The translations under genes and the position numbers were made by a program. Shown piece by piece: positions 35,952 to 44,976 of a DNA stretch of 64,000 nt (the stretch's first letter is position 1; every line of letters begins with the position of its first letter). The notes under the pieces were generated by a model. That model saw only the letters and a program-made list of their open reading frames with translations. It made no database searches and was not told where the DNA came from. The stretch comes from an uncultured virus (IMG/VR IMGVR_UViG_3300031998_000082) (taxonomy: Duplodnaviria; Heunggongvirae; Uroviricota; Caudoviricetes): the IMG/VR virus record IMGVR_UViG_3300031998_000082; one strand, 5' to 3'.

Positions 35952-37625
35952 ATGACAGTAAAAATCGATATTCGTAAGAGAGAAAATGTCGGTATAGATG
36001 ATAACAGCTTGTTTATTTCTTTCCCATACAATCAGTCACTTGTTGATACAGTGAGAAGCTTTCCCATGAAGCATTGGGATGCTAAGAACAAAGAGTGGGA
36101 GATTCCATTCAACAAGCTTGCTGAGTTCATTGAGAAAGCTTCAGATTTTGAGATTGAGATTAACGCTGATGAGTATGTGTCACTTACAAAGCGCGAAGTC
36201 AAAATGCCTAAGGGTTTTGAATTTAAGACAAAGCCCTTTGAGCATCAGATAGATGGCTTCAATTACGGACTGAATCATGACAGATGGTTGCTTGCTGATG
36301 AGCAAGGACTTGGTAAGACAAAGCAAGTAATCGACATCGCAGTAGCTAAGAAGCTTCAGTACAAAATCAGCAAATGCTTGATTATCTGTTGTGTCAATGG
36401 TCTGAAGTATAACTGGCAGAATGAGATAAGCATTCACAGCAACGAAACTGGTTACATTCTTGGTAACAGAAACGGCAAAGTAAAGGGTAACAAAGAGAAG
36501 CTGGCTGATTTAGAGAACATCGATGACATAGACAGCTACTTCATTATCACAAATATAGAGAGCATCCGCGATGAGTCAATACAGACTAAGATAAGCGAGC
36601 TTTGCAAATCAGGTAAGATTGGTATCATTGCTGTTGATGAAGTACATAAATGTAAAGACCCAACAAGTCAGCAGGGTAAAGCACTGTTAAAGCTTGAGCC
36701 TAAGGTAAGAATCGCGATGACAGGTACACCCGTTATGAATCAGCCCATTGACTTGTTCATCATACTAAAGTGGTTAGGATATGAGAGTCATGCCTTTTAC
36801 AGCTTCAAAAAGCACTATTGCGAGTATGGTGGATACGGAGGGTATGAAATCATCGGTTACAAGAATCTTGATGAACTTGGCGAGAGACTTAATGAAATCA
36901 TGCTAAGACGTTTAAAGAATGATGTGCTTGACCTTCCCGAAAAGCTTTACATTGATGAGTTTGTCGAGCTTACACCTAAGCAGTTACAGATTTACAAAGA
37001 AGTCACAGCAGATATACAAGCAAACATCGACCAGATAAAGAAAGCAAGTAATCCACTTGCTGAGTTAATCAGAATGAGACAGGCGACTGGTTACACAGGT
37101 ATTCTTTCAAGCAGTATCAGAGAGAGCGCAAAGCTTGACAGAATGGAAGAGCTTGTTGAAGAAGCAGTCGCAAACGGTAAGAAAGTTGTCATCTTCAGCA
37201 ACTGGACACAGATGACAACACCGATACGTGAGAGACTTGAGAAAAAGTATTACTGTGTATCAATCACTGGAGAGCTTAATGCAGAAGCACGAGAGACAGC
37301 AAAAAACGAGTTTCAGAATAATCCCAAGTGTAAAGTCATCATCGGAACAACAGGAGCGATGGGAACAGGCTTAACACTTACAGCTGGCACAGTTGAAATA
37401 TTCATGGACGAGCCTTGGAACAGAGCTAACAAAGAGCAGGCCGAGGACAGATGTCACAGAGTTGGTACAAAAGAGAACGTAACAATCTATACACTTCTTG
37501 CAAAGAACACCATCGATGAGAGAATACATCAGCTGGTTTACAAGAAAGGCGCGATGGCAGATATGTTAGTAGATGGAAAACTTACAGTCAACAAAGAGGA
37601 AGTCATTGACTTCCTCCTGTCGTGA
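35952..37625 (+). CDS. SNF2-family DEAD/DEAH helicase with HARP-like N-terminus
   Basis: LADEQGLGKT, DEVH, MTGTP, GTGLTLT, QAEDRCHRVG motifs; AGGAG RBS before 35952. Confidence 0.9.
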   Translation: MTVKIDIRKRENVGIDDNSLFISFPYNQSLVDTVRSFPMKHWDAKNKEWEIPFNKLAEFIEKASDFEIEINADEYVSLTKREVKMPKGFEFKTKPFEHQIDGFNYGLNHDRWLLADEQGLGKTKQVIDIAVAKKLQYKISKCLIICCVNGLKYNWQNEISIHSNETGYILGNRNGKVKGNKEKLADLENIDDIDSYFIITNIESIRDESIQTKISELCKSGKIGIIAVDEVHKCKDPTSQQGKALLKLEPKVRIAMTGTPVMNQPIDLFIILKWLGYESHAFYSFKKHYCEYGGYGGYEIIGYKNLDELGERLNEIMLRRLKNDVLDLPEKLYIDEFVELTPKQLQIYKEVTADIQANIDQIKKASNPLAELIRMRQATGYTGILSSSIRESAKLDRMEELVEEAVANGKKVVIFSNWTQMTTPIRERLEKKYYCVSITGELNAEARETAKNEFQNNPKCKVIIGTTGAMGTGLTLTAGTVEIFMDEPWNRANKEQAEDRCHRVGTKENVTIYTLLAKNTIDERIHQLVYKKGAMADMLVDGKLTVNKEEVIDFLLS

Positions 37626-37644
37626 GACAGTTAAAAAAAAGAGA

Positions 37645-37673
37645 TTGACAGCGCATTTTAAATGTGTTATGTT
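37645..37673 (+). promoter_or_regulatory. putative promoter (variant)
   Basis: TTGACA-N17-TATGTT upstream of 37706. Confidence 0.5.
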
Positions 37674-37705
37674 ATGTTTAAAGTAAATGTTTATAGAAAG
37701 GAGGA

Positions 37706-37990
37706 ATGAATATGGCAACTAAAGAAAGACGCATCAAAGTTGAGGAGCTTGCGCTGTCAGTTGGTGTATCTGTTAAGACAATCAATAACTGGTATGCATT
37801 CAAACAGGCAGAGCCTGACCACGAGCTGTCAAAGCTTCTTCCTGACTTTGAGCAGGACCATGCAAGAGGTACAAGAAGCTGGAAATTCAGTGACATCTGG
37901 AAAGTCAAAGAATTTAAAGAGAAGATACCCATCGGTCGTAATGGAGCTATGGGTGCAATAACACAGAAGTATGTTAAAAAGGGAGAGTGA
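37706..37990 (+). CDS. MerR/excisionase-like HTH DNA-binding protein
   Basis: VEELALSVGVSVKTINNWY..R.W. Confidence 0.7.
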   Translation: MNMATKERRIKVEELALSVGVSVKTINNWYAFKQAEPDHELSKLLPDFEQDHARGTRSWKFSDIWKVKEFKEKIPIGRNGAMGAITQKYVKKGE

Positions 37991-37994
37991 TACT

Positions 37995-38252
37995 ATGACA
38001 TTAGAAAACACTGTTGATTTGATGTTGTCAACAGATTATAGGGAACGTTTTGTAGCTGAGTATAAGCAGACAAAAATCAGATATGACAAATTGCATTCAA
38101 CTATTGTAAAGATGGAAGCAAATACGCTTGGTTTTGAACCCGCATGTAGTCTTGAGCTTTTACGTAAGCAGGCAAAATTTATGGGCAAGTATTTACATGT
38201 ACTTGAGATACGCGCAGAGATTGAAAAGATTGATTTGAGTTTACCTATATAA
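37995..38252 (+). CDS. hypothetical protein (crAss001_48-like helical hairpin)
   Basis: M.S.DYRERFVAEY.Q..IRY.KL..LLRKQ..M.KYL.VLE.RA. Confidence 0.7.
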   Translation: MTLENTVDLMLSTDYRERFVAEYKQTKIRYDKLHSTIVKMEANTLGFEPACSLELLRKQAKFMGKYLHVLEIRAEIEKIDLSLPI

Positions 38253-38262
38253 GGAGGAAATT

Positions 38263-38667
38263 ATGAGTACACAGAAGTTGGATGAGTTAATACCTAAGTT
38301 TGCACAACATAAAGCAGAAGCCGGCGAGTTGAAGAAAGTATGCGACTCCGAAAACGCAGAAATCAAAGAAATCATGTTACAAGAAGGAATCAAGAAGTAC
38401 GAATCAGACGGCTATGTGGCAAACTATGTCGAAGCTGTAAAAGAGAGCATGAACGAGGAAAAGTTGTTATATTTGCTTCATAACACTTTCACTAAGAAGC
38501 AGTTGAAGGAAATGAAGCTGATTAAGACTGTTGAGCAAGTTGATGAGAACGCGCTTGAGAACGCTATTTACAACAATCTTGTAGGACCTAAGTTTGTTGA
38601 AGAGATGTCAAGCTGTAAAGAGAAATCAGTCACAGTCAGCTTGAGAATAAGCCAGAAGAAAGGATGA
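38263..38667 (+). CDS. hypothetical protein (Gam/host-nuclease-inhibitor-like, tentative)
   Basis: GGAGG RBS; coiled coil plus KTVEQVDENAL. Confidence 0.6.
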   Translation: MSTQKLDELIPKFAQHKAEAGELKKVCDSENAEIKEIMLQEGIKKYESDGYVANYVEAVKESMNEEKLLYLLHNTFTKKQLKEMKLIKTVEQVDENALENAIYNNLVGPKFVEEMSSCKEKSVTVSLRISQKKG

Positions 38668-38945
38668 GCATTGTGCCAGTAAAGACAACAAAGAAAGTAA
38701 CAACAAAGACTACAAAAGCAAAAGAGAAAGCTTACGAAAGCATTGCCAAAATCACGGTAATCGCGGCCACGAGTCGTGCAAGCGTAAAGATAAAGGATAA
38801 CTACTTTACAGTAGAATACCACGAGGAAAGAGCAATTCCTGACGTTACAGGAATAGATATCGAGAAAGAAAGACAGTTTTTATGGGATACTGTAAATGCT
38901 GAGTGTGACAATCAGATTGAAGAGATTTCAAGGACTTTTAAATAG
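38664..38945 (+). CDS. hypothetical protein
   Basis: Overlaps upstream stop; plausible coding composition. Confidence 0.65.
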   Translation: MSIVPVKTTKKVTTKTTKAKEKAYESIAKITVIAATSRASVKIKDNYFTVEYHEERAIPDVTGIDIEKERQFLWDTVNAECDNQIEEISRTFK

Positions 38946-38948
38946 TTG

Positions 38949-38977
38949 TTGACAATCTGAAATAAACATGTTATACT
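38949..38977 (+). promoter_or_regulatory. promoter of replication operon
   Basis: TTGACA-N17-TATACT with extended TGn. Confidence 0.7.
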
Positions 38978-38982
38978 ACTAT

Positions 38983-39153
38983 TATGACAGTAATTGAGCT
39001 GTTATATGCTAAACAAATAGGTCAAGTGACGGCTTCTCCCACAGTTGTCGCTGTATATGAGACCTCATATTCAAGAGAAGCGTACTTGACCCCGGCAAAG
39101 TACAAATTCAGCATCGTGTGGGAGCGATGAAGAATTTGTACTTTTTACTTTTT
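38983..39153 (+). ncRNA. candidate structured leader/attenuator RNA upstream of replication initiator
   Basis: Multiple complementary stems; terminator-like hairpin whose loop TGTGGGAG is complementary to upstream CTCCCACA. Confidence 0.55.
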
Positions 39154-39171
39154 AGAGAAGGAGTAAATATC

Positions 39172-39993
39172 ATGTCAGTATTAAAGATTTTAGCATCATC
39201 AAACTATATCAGCGTAAACAAAACTCTAATCAAAATATTTGGATTAGCTGAATCAGTAATACTTGGTGAGCTTTGTTCCGAGCATGAGCATTGGGAAGAA
39301 AAAGGACTACTAACAGATGACGGTATGTTTTATTGTACAGCGACAAAGCTTGAAGATAGTACAGGACTTTCAGAGTATCAACAACGACAGGCAATACAAT
39401 CACTCAAGAATGCGGGTATACTTGAAACAAAATTAAAAGGACTCCCAGCTACTAAATATTTCAAAATAGATGAAAACAAGCTATTCACATTTTTACAAAC
39501 AAGTTCTGAAAAAATTAAAGAACTTGATGTTGAAAAATTTAACTTAAGTAATAATCAAAGTAATAAGAATATAAATAAAAAGGCATTAATAGATAAATCT
39601 ATTAATGCTAAGAGTGAAAAAACGGATTCTGAAATTTCTACATTCGTAGAATTATATCACCAAATATGCATTGATTTACCTAAATGTGTAAAGCTTACAG
39701 AGAAAAGAGAAAAAGCTATAAAGAAGCTGATAAAGAAGTATTCACTTGAAGATATCAAAGCAGTGTTTACAAAAGCGCAGAAATCGAGTTTTCTTACAGG
39801 AAAGAATGATAGAGGTTGGAAAGCTGATATTGATTTCATTCTACGTGAGGATAAGTTTATCAGCATACTTGAAGGAAAATATGACTGTAAAAAGAAAAGT
39901 GTTTCAGCTGAAGGTAGTTTAAAGCTTGACCGAAGTGTAGATAAAAACAGATTACGAGAGGAGAAAACAAGTGGAAAAGTCGAGAAATTCTAA
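39172..39993 (+). CDS. replication initiator protein (wHTH N-terminus, phage replisome organiser-like C-terminus)
   Basis: AGGAG RBS; FYCT..LED.TGLSEYQQRQAI..L..G.L; SSFLTGKNDRGWKADIDF..LEGKY. Confidence 0.8.
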   Translation: MSVLKILASSNYISVNKTLIKIFGLAESVILGELCSEHEHWEEKGLLTDDGMFYCTATKLEDSTGLSEYQQRQAIQSLKNAGILETKLKGLPATKYFKIDENKLFTFLQTSSEKIKELDVEKFNLSNNQSNKNINKKALIDKSINAKSEKTDSEISTFVELYHQICIDLPKCVKLTEKREKAIKKLIKKYSLEDIKAVFTKAQKSSFLTGKNDRGWKADIDFILREDKFISILEGKYDCKKKSVSAEGSLKLDRSVDKNRLREEKTSGKVEKF

Positions 39994-40633
39994 TTGTTGG
40001 TATATCGAGAAATGTAAAGATGACTGTTTCATGTGTAATACATATCTTGAAATGAAGTGGCAGATGGATAACAGTGGTCTTCCTGAAAAGCTACAGCGTC
40101 CTATTGAACTGTTTATAGTGAATGGGGCAAATGCTTGTGATAGGCCAGCATTCGTGAGGTTATCAGAAATCAGAAAGAATATTACGAACTTTGTTGATGC
40201 AGGAAATAATCTGTTTATCTGTGGAAGAAGCGGAAATGGTAAAACAAGTTGGGCAATAAAGCTTTTACACACTTTCTTTCATTACAGAGCTTCAGGAAAT
40301 TATGAGAAGCTTCAAGGTATGTTCATATCACTTGGAGATTTACTCATCAAATTAAAAGACTTTAACAACCCAATAACAAAAGAGTTTCGAGATAATATCG
40401 AAAAAGTTCCATTGGTTGTTTGGGACGATATATGTCTGACAGGTATATCACAGTATGACTACACGCAGATTTACACGCTTATAAACAACAGAATGCTTGC
40501 AGGTAAGTCAAATGTATTTACTACTAACATATCCAACATAAAAACGCTTGAAGAAGTGTTTGGAGAACGATTGGTAAGTCGTATTTACAATTCGAGTGAG
40601 ATAATAGAGCTTAAAGGGAAGGATATGAGATAA
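39971..40633 (+). CDS. DnaC/IstB-like helicase loader ATPase
   Basis: GRSGNGKT Walker A, VWDD Walker B, FTTN, ERLVSRI. Confidence 0.85.
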   Translation: MEKSRNSNCWYIEKCKDDCFMCNTYLEMKWQMDNSGLPEKLQRPIELFIVNGANACDRPAFVRLSEIRKNITNFVDAGNNLFICGRSGNGKTSWAIKLLHTFFHYRASGNYEKLQGMFISLGDLLIKLKDFNNPITKEFRDNIEKVPLVVWDDICLTGISQYDYTQIYTLINNRMLAGKSNVFTTNISNIKTLEEVFGERLVSRIYNSSEIIELKGKDMR

Positions 40634-41934
40634 TGGTTGATTTACAGATTATATCAAAAGTGCTGAGTACGAGAAGTCTTGCCATCATGCAAGATAATAA
40701 CATCACAGCTGATTATTTTCCCGAATACAAAGAGGAAATTGATTATATATTAGAGCATTATGAGAAATATGGAAATGTACCTGATAAAGCTACATTCCTT
40801 AATGAGTTTTCAGATGTTGAGCTTGTAGAAGTCGCAGAGAGCGACAGATACTTGGTCGAGAAGATACGAGAGGAATATCTTTACTTTAGGTCTGTGCCCG
40901 TCATTACAAAGGCCGCAGAGCTTTTAAAGACAGATTCAAACGTGGCCGCTGAGTATCTTATAAGCGAGATGCGACATTTACAGCCTGAGTACGATGTTGG
41001 TGGTGTTGATATCATCAAAGATGCTGTAAACAGATATAAGCAGTATCAAGAGAGAAAGACACATCAAAATGACTGGTTTTTCACGTGTGGCTTTGAGGAA
41101 CTTGATGGTCTGATTCATTGCATACAGCGTAAAGAGGAATTTATTGTCATCGTAGCGCGTACTAACATGGGTAAAAGCTTTGTGCTTGAAAAGATATGTA
41201 CGCACATATGGGAGATTGGTTACAATGTTGGGTATGTATCACCAGAGATGTCAGCAAGCAGTGTAGGTTATCGTTTTGATACGCTGTATAAGAATTATTC
41301 AAATACAGGCTTGATGTGGTCAAAAGATGGTGTTGATGATGCAGACTATAAAGCATATACTGAGGAAGTCGCAGAGCGTGATAATAAATTCATAGTGGCT
41401 ACGCCAGCAGATTTTCAACGACAGATAACAGTGACCAAGCTAAAGAATTGGGTTAAGAAGTACAAGCTTGATTGTATCGCGATTGATGGCATCACGTATC
41501 TTTCAGATGAGCGATATAAGCGTGGAGATTCAAAAACCACGATGCTTACAAACATAAGTGAGGATTTAATCGCGCTGAGTGTAGAACTTGAGATTCCTGT
41601 CATGGTAGTAGTTCAGGCGAACAGAAATGGAGTTATAGATGCTGACAAAGAGGGGGTACCTGAGCTTGAGAGCATCAGAGACAGCGATGGCATAGCCATG
41701 AATGCTACAAAAGTTTTGTCAATCAGACAGACAAAGGATAATGTGCTGAAGATAGGAGTCAAGAAAAACAGATATGGTACAGTTGGTGGTGAAGTAGCTT
41801 ATAATTGGGATATTGATACTGGAACATTCACATACTTACCTACTGTTGATGATACTGTAGCGCGTGACAATAGACCGCGTGAAGAAAGAAAGCGCAATAC
41901 TAAAAAGTCAGATGCTAAGGAGGACGTATTCTGA
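40633..41934 (+). CDS. dnaB: DnaB-like replicative helicase
   Basis: ARTNMGKS, SPEM, IDGI, QANR, SDGI, KNRYG motifs. Confidence 0.9.
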   Translation: MVDLQIISKVLSTRSLAIMQDNNITADYFPEYKEEIDYILEHYEKYGNVPDKATFLNEFSDVELVEVAESDRYLVEKIREEYLYFRSVPVITKAAELLKTDSNVAAEYLISEMRHLQPEYDVGGVDIIKDAVNRYKQYQERKTHQNDWFFTCGFEELDGLIHCIQRKEEFIVIVARTNMGKSFVLEKICTHIWEIGYNVGYVSPEMSASSVGYRFDTLYKNYSNTGLMWSKDGVDDADYKAYTEEVAERDNKFIVATPADFQRQITVTKLKNWVKKYKLDCIAIDGITYLSDERYKRGDSKTTMLTNISEDLIALSVELEIPVMVVVQANRNGVIDADKEGVPELESIRDSDGIAMNATKVLSIRQTKDNVLKIGVKKNRYGTVGGEVAYNWDIDTGTFTYLPTVDDTVARDNRPREERKRNTKKSDAKEDVF

Positions 41935-42890
41935 TGAAGATAGGCGAGACCTATTACAATGTCGAGCTGTCAGATATTCTTGATGAGCTGGCTATTCAGC
42001 TACAAGCTAATGGAATACAGCTTTTACAAAAGCGTAACAATCTACAGACGCATATTATGGTTCAATGTCCATATCATAGCGGAGGGCAAGAGAAGAAGCC
42101 TTCCGCAGGACTGAGAAAAGATGATGGAAAGTTTCATTGTTTCGCATGTAATGAGATTCACAGTTTGCCCGAAGTGATTTCATTCTGTTTTGGTAAAGAT
42201 GATGACATATTAGGCAAGTTTGGCAATAAATGGTTACTCAAGAACTTTTCACATCTTGAGACAGAAAGCAGAAATGATATACCGCTTGATATGTCAAGAA
42301 GTAAAAAGCACAAAAGAAAGGAGTATGTGTCTGAAGATGTATTGGACAAGTATCGCTATACTCACCCTTATATGTATGAGCGTGGTCTGGACGATGAGAT
42401 TATTGAGACTTTTGATATTGGCTACGATAAAAGCAGTGATTGTATTACTTTCCCTGTCCGTGATATTTCTGGCAACACCCTTTTTGTTGCTACGAGAGCT
42501 GTTAAGACAAAGAGATATCACTATCCCGAAGGAGTAGAGAAACCGCTTTATGGTATATTTGAGCTATATCAGCAGTTAGTTGAGTTTCCAAAAGAGGTTA
42601 TAGTCTGTGAAGGTATGTTTGATGCGCTGAAGTGTTGGGTGTTTGGCAAATATGCTGTAGCACTTAACGGATTAGGTAATGATTTACAGTTTAGACAGCT
42701 GAGAGAACTTCCATGCAGAGAGCTAATACTTGCTACAGATATGGACAAAGCAGGACTAAAGGCGAGAGAACGAATACGAGAAGAGATAGATAACAAGATA
42801 ATCACTGAATATCGTTGGAATATCAAGACTTTTAAAGATATTGGAGCTATGTCAAGAGACTACTTTTTAGGTCTCAAGAAAAAATTTTAA
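41934..42890 (+). CDS. dnaG: DNA primase (CHC2 zinc finger plus TOPRIM)
   Basis: CPYH..E..PS..FHCFAC; VCEGMFDA; ATDMDKAG. Confidence 0.9.
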   Translation: MKIGETYYNVELSDILDELAIQLQANGIQLLQKRNNLQTHIMVQCPYHSGGQEKKPSAGLRKDDGKFHCFACNEIHSLPEVISFCFGKDDDILGKFGNKWLLKNFSHLETESRNDIPLDMSRSKKHKRKEYVSEDVLDKYRYTHPYMYERGLDDEIIETFDIGYDKSSDCITFPVRDISGNTLFVATRAVKTKRYHYPEGVEKPLYGIFELYQQLVEFPKEVIVCEGMFDALKCWVFGKYAVALNGLGNDLQFRQLRELPCRELILATDMDKAGLKARERIREEIDNKIITEYRWNIKTFKDIGAMSRDYFLGLKKKF

Positions 42891-42908
42891 AAATTTTTAA
42901 AAAAGTGG

Positions 42909-42946
42909 TTGACAAATTTAAAAACGTGTTATATAATGTTCTTGTC
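42909..42946 (+). promoter_or_regulatory. repeated strong early-type promoter, copy 3
   Basis: TTGACA-aatttaaAAACGTGTta-TATAAT-gttcttgtc. Confidence 0.85.
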
Positions 42947-42996
42947 AGTTGAGATGACAGTCGAAAAAATCACAAGACTTGAGAGGAGAAACGCTT

Positions 42997-43506
42997 ATGA
43001 GAGCAAATGACATTCAGATTAACAAAAACTTTATTGGTGGCAGACAGGGTTATGCTTACACATTTAATAGCGGAAAGATAAAGACAGTCAAGATTGACCT
43101 TGATAAGAAGCAAGAGTATGACACATATAAGAGCTGGCGCGACATCATCAAAGTCAACAAGCAGACATCACGTGGTAGCATCGATGTGACATGCAGTATC
43201 GGTCAGACAATCAATGCTGATGGTTCTTCAGATTGGGAGATTACGAGTTGGGGTTGCTGTCTTTCTGGTTCATTCGGGTACAGCGACTTGATGGAGCTTG
43301 CAAACAGTGCTAATCTTCCCATCGTGCAGACAGAAGATATCGTTGGTCTTTGTCAGTTCAGTGATGAGTCAAAGTTTGCGTATGTTCAGCTTTTCAAGGT
43401 TGGCAGAGTTGACATTCACTGTCAGACAGTGGCAAAGCTGATTCCACTTAACGATGATGAGATGCAGGAAGTTGCTGAGAAAGCTAATCGCTGGTGCAAC
43501 AGATAA
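42997..43506 (+). CDS. hypothetical protein
   Basis: GAGGAG RBS downstream of repeated promoter. Confidence 0.75.
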   Translation: MRANDIQINKNFIGGRQGYAYTFNSGKIKTVKIDLDKKQEYDTYKSWRDIIKVNKQTSRGSIDVTCSIGQTINADGSSDWEITSWGCCLSGSFGYSDLMELANSANLPIVQTEDIVGLCQFSDESKFAYVQLFKVGRVDIHCQTVAKLIPLNDDEMQEVAEKANRWCNR

Positions 43507-43562
43507 ATCAAAGCGGGCATAAGCCCGCTTGCTCATTCTTGAAAAAAAATTCCAAAAAAGTG

Positions 43563-43600
43563 TTGACAAATGATTAAACGTGTTGTATAATGTTATTGTC
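43563..43600 (+). promoter_or_regulatory. repeated strong early-type promoter, copy 4
   Basis: TTGACA-aatgattAAACGTGTtg-TATAAT-gttattgtc. Confidence 0.85.
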
Positions 43601-43644
43601 AGATGAGATGAGACACTTGAAAGACTTGAAGGAGGGCACAAGAT

Positions 43645-44052
43645 ATGATGAAGCATGAATTTGAGCAGATTGCTGGTTATGAGGTAAGCGCGACAGATTA
43701 TTATGACATTATCGAGCCGATGTATCTGGCAACAAACTTGAGTAAGGAAGAGTTTGTTAAGACACTTAGCAAGAAACGCTTTGCAGTGAAGCCTTTAAAG
43801 AGCTTTATCAAAGAGATGAAGAAGCTGGCAAGCGAGCTTAAAGAGTCTTGCACACATTATACTGATTATGAGAAGAAAGAGAAGCTTGACAGCATCATTA
43901 AGGAGTACATAGTGCGTAAATATACAGAACATCTTAATATAAAGTTTCATGTTGAAGAGAAAGAACTTTGGTCATGTTACTATCCCAAATCAGTAACGAT
44001 TTACAGTGGAAGAACATATGATACATTTGAGACCATACAGCTTTGCGATTGA
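43645..44052 (+). CDS. hypothetical protein
   Basis: GGAGG RBS downstream of repeated promoter. Confidence 0.75.
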   Translation: MMKHEFEQIAGYEVSATDYYDIIEPMYLATNLSKEEFVKTLSKKRFAVKPLKSFIKEMKKLASELKESCTHYTDYEKKEKLDSIIKEYIVRKYTEHLNIKFHVEEKELWSCYYPKSVTIYSGRTYDTFETIQLCD

Positions 44053-44122
44053 AAAAAAATCAAGCGGGTATCAAGCCCGCGAGATGCTCAGAAAAAAAAA
44101 TTCAATTTTTTCAAAAAAAGTG

Positions 44123-44160
44123 TTGACAAACACAAAAACGTGTAGTATAATGTTCTTGTC
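44123..44160 (+). promoter_or_regulatory. repeated strong early-type promoter, copy 5
   Basis: TTGACA-aacacaaAAACGTGTag-TATAAT-gttcttgtc. Confidence 0.85.
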
Positions 44161-44221
44161 AGTGAGAGAGATACGCTGACAAAATCACAAAAATCAAAGA
44201 CATCACAAGGAGGAAACGGTT

Positions 44222-44938
44222 ATGATGACACGTGAAGAAAAGCTTTATTCGATGACAATGGGTTGCTTAGTTGAGGTTGCTAACAAGCTTGGTATCAAGA
44301 TTGACAAAAAGGGTGCTAAGGCAAAGGCAGTAGCAAAGATTCTTGAAGCTGAGAAGAAGCAGGCAGATGAGATGAAGGTCGATGAGTCAAAGCTTGTTCC
44401 TATGCCCGGAGCTGAGAAGCTTGCAGACGTTGATAAGGAAGTCAAGAAGATTCAGGACAAGAGGAAAGCTGAGAAGAAGCAGAAAGCAAAGAAAGAAATT
44501 ACGAATCCTGATGATATTCCTGATGATGAGTATGTGGCAGAAGTCATGGAGCAGAAGAAAGAGCTTGGAATTGAGTGCCCGTCAATCGATGCTGATAAGG
44601 TTGAGATTGTTAAAGAAAAGAAGCAGAAAAGCAAGAAAGCTGATTCCAGCGAAAAGCCGAGCAAAGAGGTAGCGATTGAGATAATCAAGAAGTCTGGTTT
44701 TGACTTCAAGGTAAAGGGTAGAAGCGATGATTTGCTGATTATCGACCCGGTAGCTAAGATAGCTGTTGTTTACATCGGTGCAAAGCTGTTTACAGTCTAC
44801 TTCAATGGCGAAGCAGTCAAGACCATTGTAGAGACCGCAGGTTTCAAAGTAGTTGATTCAAAAGAGAAGTTTGAATACTTCAGTAAGGTAGATATCAATA
44901 CGCTGGAAAGTGTGATTAAAGCACTTTCCCAGGCGTAA
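44222..44938 (+). CDS. highly charged hypothetical protein (possible Rho-N/HEH-like N-terminus)
   Basis: GGAGG RBS; LVEVANKLGIK..KAKAVAKIL. Confidence 0.7.
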   Translation: MMTREEKLYSMTMGCLVEVANKLGIKIDKKGAKAKAVAKILEAEKKQADEMKVDESKLVPMPGAEKLADVDKEVKKIQDKRKAEKKQKAKKEITNPDDIPDDEYVAEVMEQKKELGIECPSIDADKVEIVKEKKQKSKKADSSEKPSKEVAIEIIKKSGFDFKVKGRSDDLLIIDPVAKIAVVYIGAKLFTVYFNGEAVKTIVETAGFKVVDSKEKFEYFSKVDINTLESVIKALSQA

Positions 44939-44976
44939 GATATAAAATTCAAAAGCATCATGAGAGGAGAAAACTT

